Source: the human T2T-CHM13v2.0 reference genome, Homo sapiens. Taken from it: DNA of 64,000 nucleotides. A program made the translations under genes and the position numbers. Positions within the stretch are counted from its first letter, which is position 1, and each line of letters begins with the position of its first letter. The stretch is taken from the NCBI RefSeq assembly GCF_009914755.1, contig NC_060926.1, one strand, 5' to 3'. The notes beneath the pieces were generated by a model that saw only the letters and a list, made by a program, of their open reading frames with translations, was not told where the DNA came from and made no database searches. Positions 28,263 to 42,632 of this stretch are shown here, piece by piece.

Positions 28263-31200
28263 CCAAAGATGCTTCTTCACAGTAAAGCCCAACAACGGAA
28301 GTTTTCTTCAGGATAAGCCCATTTTTCATTGCCTTACAAATGACCATCAGTTCTGGTTGTTTCCCTTGTTTTTATTTTATCCATTAGGAGGATGGGGAGA
28401 AGAATGCCCATGGCTCCTTACCTTGCTGGCAGAGCAGGGTAACCGAAGATGAGGGCTCTGTGGTGTGGTGCTGCCTGTGTGCAGCTTGTGCCCAGGGCCC
28501 TACACAGAGGAATTGCTGGTTTGTGCAAGTGAGGGACCCTGCGTCTTCCTTATAGCTACAGAGCCCATGGCTGTGGGCAGCTCCTGGCTCTTAACACCGA
28601 AGAATTCATGGATTCTTGCTGCTTCAAGTGAGGTCGTGCTGGGTGGTGAATGTTTTCTTAACTGTTCTCTTTATGCTAGTTTAAAAGTTCAAGGCTTTTT
28701 GGCCCTTTGACTTTACTGGTTACTTCTGCTTATCAGGATGATAAGAAAATTAAAATGTATTCCCCCTGTTACACCACCCTCACCCCCCCCCCACCCCGTT
28801 TAGTATACCTACGGTGGTGAATTTTATGATTTATAAATTACAGCTCAGTGAAGCTGCTGGAACAAAAAATTTAAGTGACGTTTAAAATTATATTTCTTAA
28901 TTTTTACTTTCTATGAAATATAATTATTCCAGGGATGAAATATAGAGAAGTAAAAAGATGAAAAAAATTACACTCATAATTCCATCACCTTGGCTTAACT
29001 CCTGTTAAAGCATTAATGTATATTTTTTTAGTTTCATTGTGTGTGTGTGTGTGTGTAAAGTTATTTTTTAAATGATGGAAAGGCTTTTTTCTCTAACAGT
29101 AAAATAATGTACTCATCTAGAAAACTGGAAAGTGGAAAAATATTTTCTTACAGTCTCACCCCCCCGACGTTCTGGTGTATTTCCAGTCTTTGCGGAGTAA
29201 AGCTATTTCTTATGGCTGCCAGTCACTCAAGGAAAGCCCCCAGTCAAATGTGTTTATATGTGTGGCTGCGTTTAGTTTAAAAATGAGTTTGTATTTATTT
29301 ATTTATTTTAGAAAGATTTCTCCTGAATAATTCAGGTGGTGAATTCCTTAATCTTGTTTAGTCTCAACTACATACTTCGTGTAACTTTTTTCTAGTCACC
29401 ACTTCATGGTACACCTCTACAACTTTGAGCTTGTATATAGCGCGTATATATGTTATTTTCATGTAGTGATTTTTTTTCCTGTCCATACACTTTGGACAAT
29501 GTGGCTTTTAGATTGTAAATTACTGAAGAACAGGCCACTGTAAATAACTTCATAATATTGTCTGTCTGAACAAGCACTTTTTATTCTTAGTTTTTTTTTT
29601 TGTTGTTGTTAGCTTACAAGATCTTGAAAAGTGGATGCTAATCACCACCATACATATGGTGGTTTAATCGATATATTTTCCCTGATAGATGCTTCTTAAC
29701 TGATAAAGTATTTGTCATTGTCTTTATTATTTTAACTCATCTGAATATAAATAAAACTGAAGTTAGGGAAAGGAAGCAGCATATTACTTAGAAAAGGCCT
29801 GATGACTTTAGAAAAGGCCTGATGACTTTTTAAAACTTAAGTACTATTTGAAACCTCTCAATAAACTGCTTGTTTTTGATAACTTGACTCAAATATTCCA
29901 TCAGTTGCTTAGTTAAGGTGGTTCAGCCCCAGTACTTCTTTATTATATCATCTTCAGCATCTGTTGCTTTGTTTGTTTGGGAGGAAGATGGCTGGCTGCT
30001 TAGCCTCTCTCAAAGCTGGACTGTGACATTGTGTCTGTGGTTGATGGACACAGCTGTGCAATTTTTGTGTGTGCTTGGCAGCACCATCTTCAAAAACATC
30101 TGGTCTAAAGATGTAGTTCTCTCTCCTGCAACTGTATGTAAATCATTTAGTGCATAATGGGATAATGCCAAATATACTTACTTGACATGAACACATAAGT
30201 GATTTAAAAGCCCAACATGATTTTCTATGCTGACCCAGAGTTCAGTGTATTGGAAGATTCATTGTCTAATTGGGTGTGTACTTGTATCACTTAGTCTGGT
30301 GCTAGTACATCACATGCCATGGATATGCTAATTTTCTTCATTTTAAGTGAAGGAAATGGCTGGTTTGGTATAATAGGTAGCAAAAACAGGAGGGAACCCT
30401 TTGGCTAAACCATTGGGGTGAATTTGGTTTGAATCAAATCTTTCAAAGATTGCTGTGTCTAAGATACATTCCTCAGCATCTCCTGTATATTTTTTAAGGG
30501 ATGTTTATAGAGAAGATTCCATAGTACCCCTGTGGGTTTTTTTAAATACAGGTAATCACTGTGCCTGTTTTAATGATAATTTATATGAATTTATGTATTA
30601 TATTTGCATTATATATTATGAATTTATGTTATAATTAATTTGTACCCATAATTAATATATAAGTAACATCATTAGCCTCTTGCATTGGACTTGGTGAGAG
30701 TCTTCCTAGATTGGCTCTTATTTTTATAATATCTGAAAAAATTCACAATACCATTTAAAAGCACAAAGGTCTCCAGGATTTGTTACTTACTGTATCCCTC
30801 AGGTTTTATGATTTTCCCCCCCAAGTAATTAGAGATGTCTTCAGTGAAATTTACCACTGAAGGATCTTAGCTCTGAATAGCAAGCCCCAAATTAACCCAC
30901 TATTTACTCTGGGCTCTCAAGAGGCATATCTTTTTTTCCTTTTAGTTTTGAGGTTTTCTTTTTAAAAGTTCTAAGACTTACAGAACTTTAAGTTTTAAAT
31001 TCATTATTTTCCCCATTCTGTGTCTATTTTTAGTTAGAAAAACTGATAAACCCAATTAATTCTACAAGCATAGGTTACAGTATTCTTCTGTGCCAGTTTT
31101 TTGTCCAAGGCTTACTATTGAGTAGAAACACTAGCTGTTGAATGTGCACAAGTCTATAAGCATCCATGGACAAGACGGTGCCTTATGCACACTGCTGATA

Positions 31201-31329
31201 GATTCTGATGTGAGGCTGCCAATTTATACTGAGCCTGGCAGGAAACGAGGGCATTTTCTTGATTTCTTTTAACAGACTTATTTTATTTTACTAAGTTTAG
31301 TTAGTCTAGGCTCAAGAATGTGAAAGTAG

Positions 31330-31632
31330 GGTCGGGCGAGGTGGCTCACACCTGTAATCCCAGCACTTTGGGAGGCCGAGGCGGGTGGATCACGAGGTCA
31401 AGAGATCGAGGCCATCCTGCCCAACATGGTGAAACCCGGTCTCTACAAAAATACAAAAATTAGCTGGGCTTGGTGGCGGGTGCCTGTAGTCCCAGCTACT
31501 CGGGAAGCTGAGGCAGGAGAATCACTTGAGCCCAGGAGGCAGAGGTTGCAGTGAGCCGAGATTTGCGCCACTGCATTCCAGCATGGCGACAGAGTGAGAC
31601 TGCGTCTCAAAAAAAAAAAAAAAAAAAGGAAA
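31330..31632 (+). mobile_element. AluSc-like, sense
   Basis: Full Alu; TSD aagaatgtg(a/g)aagtag. Confidence 0.95.
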
Positions 31633-33088
31633 AAGAATGTGGAAGTAGTTTTGCTGGCCTGTGGCTTCCCTGGCTTCATTCTGTATAGTGTCATTCCTTG
31701 TCTGGTTTCTTTTATGCTGGCTCTACGGCTCTACCCAGGTTTGTTGGCTGCTCCTTGACAGCTGCCCAAGCTCACCCTCCCAGGTGTTGACGCCCCTTCT
31801 CTCTGCATTTCCTTGTCCCTGTGCTCTGCCTGCCTCTGTATCTGCATTGGTCCATGTGTCTCTTTGACGAGCCATCTCTCTCCCTGTCCTGCCCCTGCTT
31901 GCTCTTGCCGGTGCCCCACATGGTGTTTGCTATGAAGTGGGCCCACAGTTCGTGCTTACTGAATGCATTTATACCAATGGATGGGCATGTGGTTGGGGCA
32001 CTTGTTAAAATCTGCCAAGGAAAGTGGCATGGCAACTTACTGACCTTCATTTTTTTGGGTAACAGCAGATGGTAAATTTGGCAGTTGGTATTGTTGGTTG
32101 GAGCTGGATAAGTTGGGCAGGTTCCAACATGGTAATATCCTTTGTGCTTGTGAATTTGGGTTGGTGAATGGCCTTTCAGGGTCTTCACTGGAGACATTTA
32201 TTTGTGTAATTTTTACTGATTTAAGTTTTTGTCTTTATCTCTGTAAGTCAATACACACTCTTGGAGGAGGAGGTACCTACCACTTGAGAGACTTTGTATG
32301 TGTTTTCATGACAACAATACGTTTACTTTTTCTTTTGTGCAGAAATTTAGTTCCCTCATTATATTCAAGATAGGTGTGTGGTAGTTTATGGTCCTCCTTT
32401 ATTCTGACAACTCCGTTCTTTTTCCTGCCACCCCATGAGAGTTCTAGTTTTAAAACAATTGCTTCAAGTTAGCCAGACTGACTCAGGGGACTCCATGCAG
32501 ACTTTGCATGTGTTTTGCTTCATAGCCATTCAGAGTACAGGGAGATGATGATCACAAGACAGGGAGGACTGTGTTGTTCTTTAGGGAGTGATGTTGTTTG
32601 ACTCTTCGCAGACGGAGGACATCAGCAGTGTCTCGAGGCCTTCTTTTCATGTCTTTCGTTCAGCCACTCCTGCAGCCTCCAGTCCACCTCCTCACAGCAC
32701 GCGTGCGTGTCCCTGGGTACTTGCAGATAGATGGAGTAAAGATTAAGGAACACAATGGCAAGTTAATGAACTGTTTTAAGACCAAAATGACTTACTACAG
32801 CTTTATGAAATGTGTAGGTAGTAGACTGCCTTAAAGTTCTATATAAAATGATTAATAGCAAAAAAAAAAATTGCTAATGACTTAGAGTATCTTTCTGGTG
32901 ATTGTTTTTAAAAATGTGCATCTTTGCTGTAGATAATTGCCATACAGTGTGCTTATGGTGCTGGATGGGGTGGTGGGATGCTAGGGGACGCTACTTAAGT
33001 AAAAGAGGTTAAGTGCGAGATAAAATAGCACCAACTTGTCTTCTAAATTTGAGGAAACTGTGTTTGCCTATTTAAATTGGATTACGTT

Positions 33089-33391
<303 letters not shown>

Positions 33392-35759
33392 TTAATCCTA
33401 TATTATTGACTTCCACTGTGAAGTTAGAGGTTTATGTAATGGAAACACTTTTTTTCCTGTATATAATAAAATTTGTATTTTCAACAATAATCTTTTAAAA
33501 TTACATTCAAGAGAAAAATTATTTTCTGATAAAATACAAATAGTACTCAATGTCAGTAGTAATATGTATTGTGTTCAGAGCATGTCTCAGAGCGAAAACA
33601 CTAAAAAAGGAGCTGTAGCCGGGACCTGCAGCAGTGTGAGTGCCCTTGGTGGTCACTCTCCTCAGTGCTCTGGGACACAGTTGAGCAGTGCCAGTCTTAG
33701 CAGCTGTTCGTATTATTTCCAATTTAATCACATATTGAAGATCATTGGTTGTCTTCTCCCTCAGTCTTTTTGGTATCTGTGAATTTTTGGCATCTTTTCA
33801 CATTTTTCCAAGAGAGGCACTTGCAGTTTATCATTATCTTGTATGAACACAGGTAATGACGTACATAGTTAGGACATACATTGCTGATTGTTGTTTGGAA
33901 GAGAGGATATGGGACACATTTTTATGAGTTTCTGTGGTGGTGGAGTATAAAGCATCCAACAAGATTTTCCCCATAAGGACCACTTACATCGTGGGCTAGA
34001 AATGAATATACTGGTTTGGTTCAGAGCAGAACTTCTCCTTGGGTTTAGTTAAGGTCGGTTTGAGTAACTAGTATAATGCAGATGGTAGCCCTGTAGAGTC
34101 AGATTTCCTCAGATCTTGGTCAAGTGTAGTAGTTTTTCCATTGGGACTTTGAAGCTTTTGATTTTGTGTTTCTCTCACTGTCTCCCATTAGATGGTTTGA
34201 TATCTTTCTAAGAAGTAGAGAAAATTGAGAGGGAGAGACATCAAATTATTTTCCTAGTTAGGATTGAAAAGTAGGGAGGTGATATTTAATTATTGAAGGC
34301 ATGATGACTGGTGCCATCCTATAGTTTTCTTCCACACCCCAGTATTAGGAAATGATTCACTTAGGTGAGAAGCTGTGAGAAGTGTTGAGTGACCTCCAGA
34401 TACATGCTATCACATTTTCTGCAGAGAATGTGAGTAGATGCAGTACGACATAGCCAAATGTATGCTTATCCCTGAATTTTGTCACCTAAATTTTTTTAAA
34501 TGAAAGGTGTCTGTTAGGAATTAAAATACCTTGATTCTATTTTCTATTTTACCCAAGTCTGTGACACTTATTCATGGTCTTTTTGAGTAACTTCTGTGGA
34601 AAGCATCTTTGAATTCTTAGAGCTAAGGGAATGATTCTTCATATGTGGTTCCCATGAGGCTCTTCCAGAGACTTCTCCAGGCATGTGAGCTGTGATACAG
34701 AGGTCACTTAGTTGTATTTGAAGTGGAAAATGCCATTTCATAATAAAGACAGGATCCCTTTCCAGATTTGCAAATGATCCACAATGAAGAGAATTATTTG
34801 AAAGTAACAAAATGGTAGTGTACACACATGGAAACTAAGGCTTTTTTCCTTGTTACCATATTGGCAGACTATAGCAAATTTCCATTTTCCAGGGAGCATC
34901 AAGAGCCAAGGTGATTTTGGTTTAATATCATGACATTTGAAAGATAGCTTTCCAAGGAAAGAGTTCACTGCTTTTCTCCAGGTGATCATTGTTTTTATTT
35001 TATCTTCCTTTTTTCTACTCGTGTACTGTGGTGATTCATGAAACATATGAAAATAATACATAAGCAGGAGTTGGGGTAGCTTAAGAAGCGAAAGTGGAGG
35101 AGACAGGAAGAATGAGGGAAAAGGTAAGGTAAACCATGAAACATATCAGAAATTGGGGCTTTGCTTCTAATGTCCTCAAGGTCAAAGTTAGAAAGTCACT
35201 GAGCTGTGTAAATACTAGCCATTGGCCCTGCCCTCTGAAGTCAGTGCTTCTCCAAGTAGGGTCTGTGGAATAGTTACTAGCCTCATTTTGACAGCCAATA
35301 CTTTGATTAACACATAAACCAATAAGTTGTTTATAGCAATTGAGATCAAACAAAAATTACTTAAATGATTGGATCAAAAGTAAGTTGATTTCAAACATCA
35401 TTTTTGTAGACAGTTTTTCGTATGCGTGACTTAATTTTTTTTTAAAATTATGATTATATTCTTCTATTGGTGGGAAAGTAGGAACAGATGACCTGTATGA
35501 TAATGTGGGTCTTTTACTCTGCCACTCTGGTTGAAGGATGGAAACATCTGTAATTCCAAGTTGTTGCTTTTTAAATGCACTGGGTTCTAATTTAATGGAC
35601 CATAAAAAGCAAATTGGGTGTCAGGTTCCTTCATGGGTAGATGCCCAACAGACGTAATAGTTTATACCAATAGAGGTGTAGGTTGTAGCTTTTGTTAAGT
35701 TTTTTTTAAATCTGTGAATTCTGTGATCAGTGTTATTCCTGGGTTAGTTTCAGATAATT

Positions 35760-36530
35760 TTCTTTCCCCCCCTCTCTCATATGTGTATGGTCCAGCTTCT
35801 TTGCATGCCTGGTAATTTTTAGTTAGATTCCACACATTGTTAATTTTACCTTATTGGGTACTGGATATTTTATATTTTTTATAACATACTTGACCTTTGT
35901 TCTGGGATGAAGGTAGTTCTTGGGAACAATTAGATCCTTCGAAGATTTGATTTTGGGATTGTCACATCATGTAGTCTAGGCTTATTTGGCCCCACTATTG
36001 AGGCCAGAGTCTTCTGAGTCCTGTGAATGACGAGTTTTTCCAATCTAGCCAACGGCAGGAGGCACTGCTTCCCAACCCTTTGAGCACTGGGTAGTATTCC
36101 GAGGAATCCTTTGGGATCAGGCTCTTTCCCTTACCTCAGGTGGTTTCCGCACGGGGACGTGTTGATAGTGTGCTACTGAGTCTTCTAGGGGGAATTGCTT
36201 GCTCTCTGTGCAGCTGTCTCCTTTCTGGTATTCTGTCCTGCGACTGCAGCTGCAGCGGCTGTGGCCTCCCCAGACTCAGTTCTGTCTCCTCAACTCAGAG
36301 ACTCCTCTGGGCGCCGTTTGGGTTTCCTTTCCCTTTGCTGCAGCTTGGAGTCTTTCTCAGGGCAGTAAGCTGGAGTCTGCATGTGTTTCCCAACTCTCAG
36401 GGTCACTGCCCTTATGGCCTGAAGTCTCTTCTAAGCGCTTTCGTATATTTTGGCTAATTTTAGTTGTTCAGGTGGGAGGATAAATCATCTGTCCTTGATA
36501 CTTTATTTTGGCCAGGAGCCAAAGTTCCCT
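35760..36530. mobile_element. Ancient L1M-type fragment
   Basis: ttctttgcatgcctggtaattttt ... ttttaccttattgggtactggata ... tttggccaggagccaaagt; subfamily uncertain. Confidence 0.5.
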
Positions 36531-37812
36531 TCATTCTTTTTTATTGAAGACACATTTTGTCAAATATGTAAGCACGAGCTCTGGTGCCTGTGAGTGCATG
36601 GATGAATCCAGCATGAAGTACAGAAACACTGTTGCTTATCACACCCTCCTTTAGAGCTGTACTCCTTGTTGCCATTCCTTTCTTGGACCTGTTTTTAAGG
36701 TTTTAGACAACACTCTATTCAATGTGTATTGTATTCTTTCTCCCCTTGTGTTATGGGAAGCTTCATGGAGTTTGCCACTGGGTTAGGGAGAGGTATGAAT
36801 AGACTGAGGCAAGATTCTCCTCAAGGGACCTTTGGCAGGTCAGGAAAGTGAAGACAGTGGATGATGAGTGCTCCACCTACCTTCTCCTTTTGCTCCGGGA
36901 ATGACTTAAGTCTGGAAAGAGCCGATACTAAGAAGTTGAGGGTCTGGATTGGTACATCATAGTAAACAGGAAGAAATGACCATGAGGCTAAGGTCAGAGT
37001 GGTGCCACTGACCCAGTTTAAGGCAGTTTAAACAGCCAGCCTCTAGTTCTTCAGGCTCTCCTAGGCCTCCCTGCACAACTGACCATTGGTTTCAGTGGCC
37101 CAAGCAGGGAAACTGGCAGTGACCCTCGAGCAGCAAGGAGGGGAGAGGACCCTCAGTCCAAGGACAGAGGAGATGGACTGTGTGAGTTGCCGGAAAGCTC
37201 ATTTTGAATTCTTTGGGGGCCAAACTTTTCTATCCTAAACTCTTATTTTTTTTTTTTTCCAAATTAGGAAAATAGTATATGACAATTGTAGAAAATTGGG
37301 CTATAATCTAGAGGTAATATTTGGTAGCATTTCTCCCCTCCTCCTCAATGCATTCATTTAAACTAAGTACTAATATGAACTATTTCAAGTATATTATTGA
37401 AGACACTTGTACCCATGGTATTTTGTCTATAGATTGGGGCTCGACGAGGTCAACTGTCAGGATTCCTGGGTGTTGATGACATGAAGCTTTGGAAAGATCT
37501 AATAGTTTCTTTTAGATCCTGGAGGAAATAGTGATCTTATTTGCATTTATTGTTTGAGTAAGATCACCATGTTCGTTATTTGTCATGTGGTGCTTTTTGG
37601 TGGGGGTTTGTCAGACATGTATTTTGTCCTCCTTGTGGGTCATTCAGGCAAGCATCAGTCTCCCAAAGTTGTTGATGGGCAACTGATGTAGAAGAAAATA
37701 GAATGAACTATATTCACCATCTGAAGTCCTCCCCACCCCCATCCATCCAGGTGAATGGTGTCATTGTGTAGTTGTCTTCTATATCACATTATTTTTAGAT
37801 ACCAGCTGAGTA

Positions 37813-37880
37813 GTGCAGTCTCATTGAAAGATTCAGCAGGTGGCACTTTGTAGAAGATGGAGGGGATCCAGAGGGCGCGC
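37813..37880 (+). promoter_or_regulatory. Candidate tandem CTCF motifs
   Basis: TCAGCAGGTGGCAC and TCCAGAGGGCGC resemble the CCASYAGRKGGCRS core; motif match by eye only. Confidence 0.45.
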
Positions 37881-40800
37881 TGGGGGCTTTGCTGTGTGTA
37901 GTAAAAGTTCTATGTTGTGCTTTCCATGGAGAAGAGGGCGGGTCCAGGGCTTCAGGCCATTGCATGCTGGGTTTGGAATCCCAGAACTAGCTCATTGGTT
38001 CAGTAGCAGAACTAGAAAGAGGATGCGTTGCGTTTTTGTTTGAAATGTGCTGAAGACAGTGTTTTTTTATTGAGCAGGCTGTTGTTAAATTTGTAATTTT
38101 TCCGTCAGTTTTTATTGAGACTGATTGATCTTGGGGGGTGCGGATTAATTTTAAGGAACATGTAATTTCTTCCTTTTGATCAGATCCTATAGCCTTAATT
38201 TTGTTCTGGAATCTTTCCTGTGTAGTTATATTCATCTGTGTTTAGTTGACTAGTTAGTGAATTTAAGTTGTAATGTGATGTGCCTATTTGAGGCCAAAAA
38301 ATAAAAAATAAATTTGATTAATTCTGTGCTGGTTTCATTGGTGTGGTACTGAATGATACTCTTAGATGTAGTGGGATTTACCAGGTAAAAAGTAGTCAGT
38401 TCTCATTTTTCTACCCGTTCACAGTCACATAAAGAAAAGGTTCAGTAGTAGTTGACAAAAACTTGTAAACTGTTTTTTAAAAACAGATATTTTCATTCTA
38501 AATGTATATTCATTTGTACATTTTGGTGCCGAAGTCTTCCAGAGATATTTGTATATCTCATTTTATCCGTCCTCTCTCCAACTAACAAAGATAGAGTTAA
38601 CAGTCAGTCGCCTTTTTCTTTTATCCAGCTGTCGCCGAGTCTCCATTTAATTCTGTAAAGAGGGTATGCCAGGTGAAAGGCTTCATTTCACCTGGCAAAT
38701 GCTCAGAACATTTTCCAGTCCTCTTGGATTCCAGTTAGCTTATCTGAAGTCTGCCCATCTCTCCTCACCACATAGTTACTACCATTGATGGAATGGGAAA
38801 AAATTTAGGTAACAAGTTTGAACAGCATTTTAAGGGGTCATTAAAAAACAAACAACAAAACACTCATACCATGCACTCCTGTGTGCTCAGATGGTGGAGT
38901 GGGCAGGGCTTGTCATATGACAAACCCATCGCTACCTGTGAAAATTACTACTATGCAGATGTTCTCCACCCCCACCCTCTGACAGCCTGCAAGGCAACTA
39001 AAAACTCATCTCCTAGTCAGGTCCTGGCCTGAGACAAAGGCCTTTTCTGTGAGGATTTGCTTCCACTGGTTAAAGTCCAAAATGCTAATTGGCATCAGCT
39101 GCATTAAATCACTAAGTGGGGGCTAGCAGCTGCCACACCATTTGAGTAACCAGGAGGGGGACCTTTTTTTCCTTACTAAAAAGGCCTCTCTCTCCTCTTC
39201 AAGTTACTCTTGATTTTGTTTTTCATTTGTTTATACTTGTGACCTGCTAAAGAAGGGCATGGAGGACACAGTAGTTTGGACTCTGCCTGGACACATGGAA
39301 TATATAAACTTCCTCTATGTAGTTTTGCCAACTCAACTTTCTTTTTGTATATGGGATTTGTTGTTGTTACTAAACTTCAGTTTTAGCTGGCCCCTAGTCT
39401 GTTTTCTGCTGTATCTTCCCAGGCCACATGAAGTGTTTGTTTTTGGTGGTGCTAGTGGTGGTGGTGGTATGTGTGTATGTACTTAAGTGCTGGGATGCAA
39501 CCACCAAACATATGTTTAATAACCAAAGGGAGACTGAAACTCAGAAGTTGATTCATTATTACCCTACTCTAAAGACAACATAAAATACTGTATAATAAGC
39601 ATTAGTCATAATTAGATTTCCAGTTGTAGCTGGCTCAAAGCCATGGCAGATTCTGTATTTCTAGTGTTTTTTCCTTCAAGTGGGCACTCATAATTGGACA
39701 GTAAATGACAATTAGTGGTGCTAACTGCCTTTTTATTTTATAAGATGTGTAATAGTCGTCTATTTTAAAATCATAAAATCAAGAGAGGAAATGTTCAAAG
39801 TATATATAAACTTTATCCTAAAACAGTAATTTGAGGGGAGAATATAATTTCCTTGCAATATATTTTGTAGTTATTTTTGTATGCTTCCAGGATTTGACTA
39901 TTTCAGACCTGGGAAATATTCTGGCAGGTGACATTGATGTGATCACTGTATTTCTGGATGATATTTCGGTGTTTCCGTCATATTAGAAAAGCTATTGCCA
40001 GACTTGATTATATTTTAGTTGTTCTTCTAAATCATTGATTCTGAGATGCAACTCAGTTTTGAAGATGTTAAGAGTGTGTACTTTATGGTCGACAGTGCTT
40101 CATGGTTTCATGACATAAAATAGTGTTGGGCTCCATTCAGGGGCACTTCAGATTCAGTGAAATACATGGTGCCATGGTGATCTGCCAACAGTATTTACCA
40201 ATGTGCCAATTCGGGAGTTTTCACACCGGTGGACAATATGGAATTTAAGAGTATAAGAACTAAAATGTGTGCTTGATTTTTAACTCAGTGAACTGTGAAA
40301 ATATCGAGTGCTCTTGACTCTTTCTTGTACAGTGGTGAACAGGTTAGATCCTAGAAGACATTGGTTTGTGTCACTAAAAGAAAAAAATATAAATGGAACC
40401 TAGTCGAATTATTTTATAATTCTTAATTATTGCTCAGGAAGCCTTTCATGGGAGAATCATAGGTAGCATTTCTTTCTTTCAAGAAGTGAAAGCTGCTGGC
40501 AGAGTGTGATAGGGAACAATGACCCTGGAAATAGTTTAGCCACTGCAGGGAGTGGAGGTAGGCAAAGGTAAGGGTGGGATTGATGAAACAAGTCTGGACA
40601 GTCCAGTAAAGTTCACTAGTGTATGAAGTTCTTACTACAGGAACAAAATTAAAATAAATATTTTGATTTTCCCCTATTCATTGTTGTTTTGTTTTTGTGT
40701 AGTTTTTATACCCCAAATCCTTACAGATTTACTGACTTTTGGATAAAAGGAGAAAAACCATTAGTTCACTTTCTGGTCACCCAGCTGCAGTTCAGTATAA

Positions 40801-41530
40801 GGAAAGTGGGATGTTTGGCTTTTTAGAGCACATGTTTAATTAACCATGGACCTTATTTTGGGAGTGACACCACATGCCTTTTCAATGGGGCCTGTTTATG
40901 GCCACTACCGTGTGCTAAGTCTTTTCAGGAGCCTGCCTGTCTTGACAAGCCTCACTAGGGCTGTCCCAGGCCACTCACTGCTTGGTCAGGAGGCCTCTCA
41001 GAAACCCTCAGATACCACTGGGAGTGAGTTGTGGTGAGTCAGGAGGGAGCAGGCTCGATGTGCCCCATGACAGCAAGCCCTGGTCGCTACTGCTCGTTAC
41101 ACTGTGCATGTTGATGTGTGTGTGCAGAGAGCACAAGATAAAACTTTTGAGGCATTAGGTTTCCTACTTTTATTTGGGGGCATGCTTCCTCATGTTTTAT
41201 GTAGTAAAAATTGTTACCCTTTTCTGTTTTAGAATAAAGTTCCTTTGAAGCAAGGTCTCAAATAGAAGTGTTTTGTTTTACTGGCTAGTCTAAACACTGG
41301 TTTTGTTTAGAATTAAGATGGTTATCTAGTATTGAGTACCTAATTTTTCATTGCTGCTTTCAACATGGCCACATTTAAATCTCAGATAGAAATTATACCT
41401 ATTTGGTAGGACTTTCCTATATGCAGGGTTTGAATGAGAATTATTGTATCAACTGTATTGGGTCATGTGACTGTTGCCGTATTTGTAGTCATCTGTCAAA
41501 GTCACATGACAAGTGTTCTTGTAGAATATA

Positions 41531-42632
41531 TAGTTGTGCATCACTTAACCATGAGGATACGTTCTCAGAAATGCATCATTCATTAGGCAGTTTTGCTGTT
41601 GTCCATCATCAGAGTGTGTTTATGTAAACCTAGATGGTACACATGGGCTATCTGGTATGGCCTAGTGCTCCTAGGCTGCAGACATGTACAATATGCTACT
41701 GTACTGAATAGTGTAGGCAATTGTAAAATAATAGCAAGTAGTTGTGTATCTAAACATAGAAAAGAGATTGTCAAAATATGTTATAAAAGATAAAAAGTGG
41801 TATTTCCGCATAGAGCTCTGACCATTAATGGAGCTTACAGGGCTGGAGGTTGCTCTGGGTGAATCAGTGAGTGAGTGGTGAGTGAATGTGAAGGCCTAGG
41901 ACATTACTGTACACTTCTGTATTCTGTACTGACATTACTGGTATACTTCATAAACATGGTACACTTAGGATACACTAAATTTGTAAAAAATATGCTTTCT
42001 TCAATAATTAACTAGGTTACTGTAACTCTTACTTTATAAAACTTTTAGGTTCTTTTGTAATAACAGCTTAAAAAACTGCATAGCTGTACTAAAATATTTT
42101 CTTTTTAAATATCTTTGTAAGCTTTTTTCTTTTTTAACTTTTTAAACATTTTGGTAAAAAACGAAGACAGAAACACACACGTTATCTTAGGCCTACACAT
42201 GGTCAGGCTCATCAGTATCCCTGTCTTCCACTTCCACATCTTGTCCCAGTAGAAGGTCTTCAAGGGCAGTCATGCACAGAGCTGTCATCTCCTATAATAA
42301 CAATGCCTTCTTAGGGATACCTCTTGAAGGATCTGCCTGAGGCTATTGTAAGTTGACTTTTTTTTGTTTAAATAAATAGGAGTACACTTTAATAAACAAT
42401 AAAAGTATTGTAAACAAACCACTAACATAGTCATTTATTATTATGTACTATACATAACTATATGTGCAATAATTTTATACAGCTGGCTGTGCGGCAGGTT
42501 AGTTTACAGTAGCCTTAACCACAAACAATGTCACTAGGTGATGGGAATTTTTCAGCTTCATTTATAATTTTATGGGTTCACTGTTGTATTTGCAGTCCTT
42601 TGTTGACTAAAACGTTATGTAGTGCATGACTG
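41531..42632 (+). mobile_element. Tigger3-like (TcMar-Tigger) non-autonomous DNA transposon
   Basis: Degenerate TIRs (tagttgtgcatcacttaac ... gttatgtagtgcatgactg) flanked by TA on both sides; internal ggaggttgctctgggtgaatcagtgagtgagtggtgagtgaatgtgaaggcctaggacattactgtacac. Confidence 0.85.

Noticed and set aside
31131-31156. tgtgcacaagtcta shared with the Alu-internal repeat at about 18190
   Set aside because: A single 14-bp match in 64 kb could be chance; it cannot be established as a donor
32598-32834. 78-aa ORF with plausible composition
   Set aside because: Non-ATG start, no homology I recognise, and no splice or promoter support
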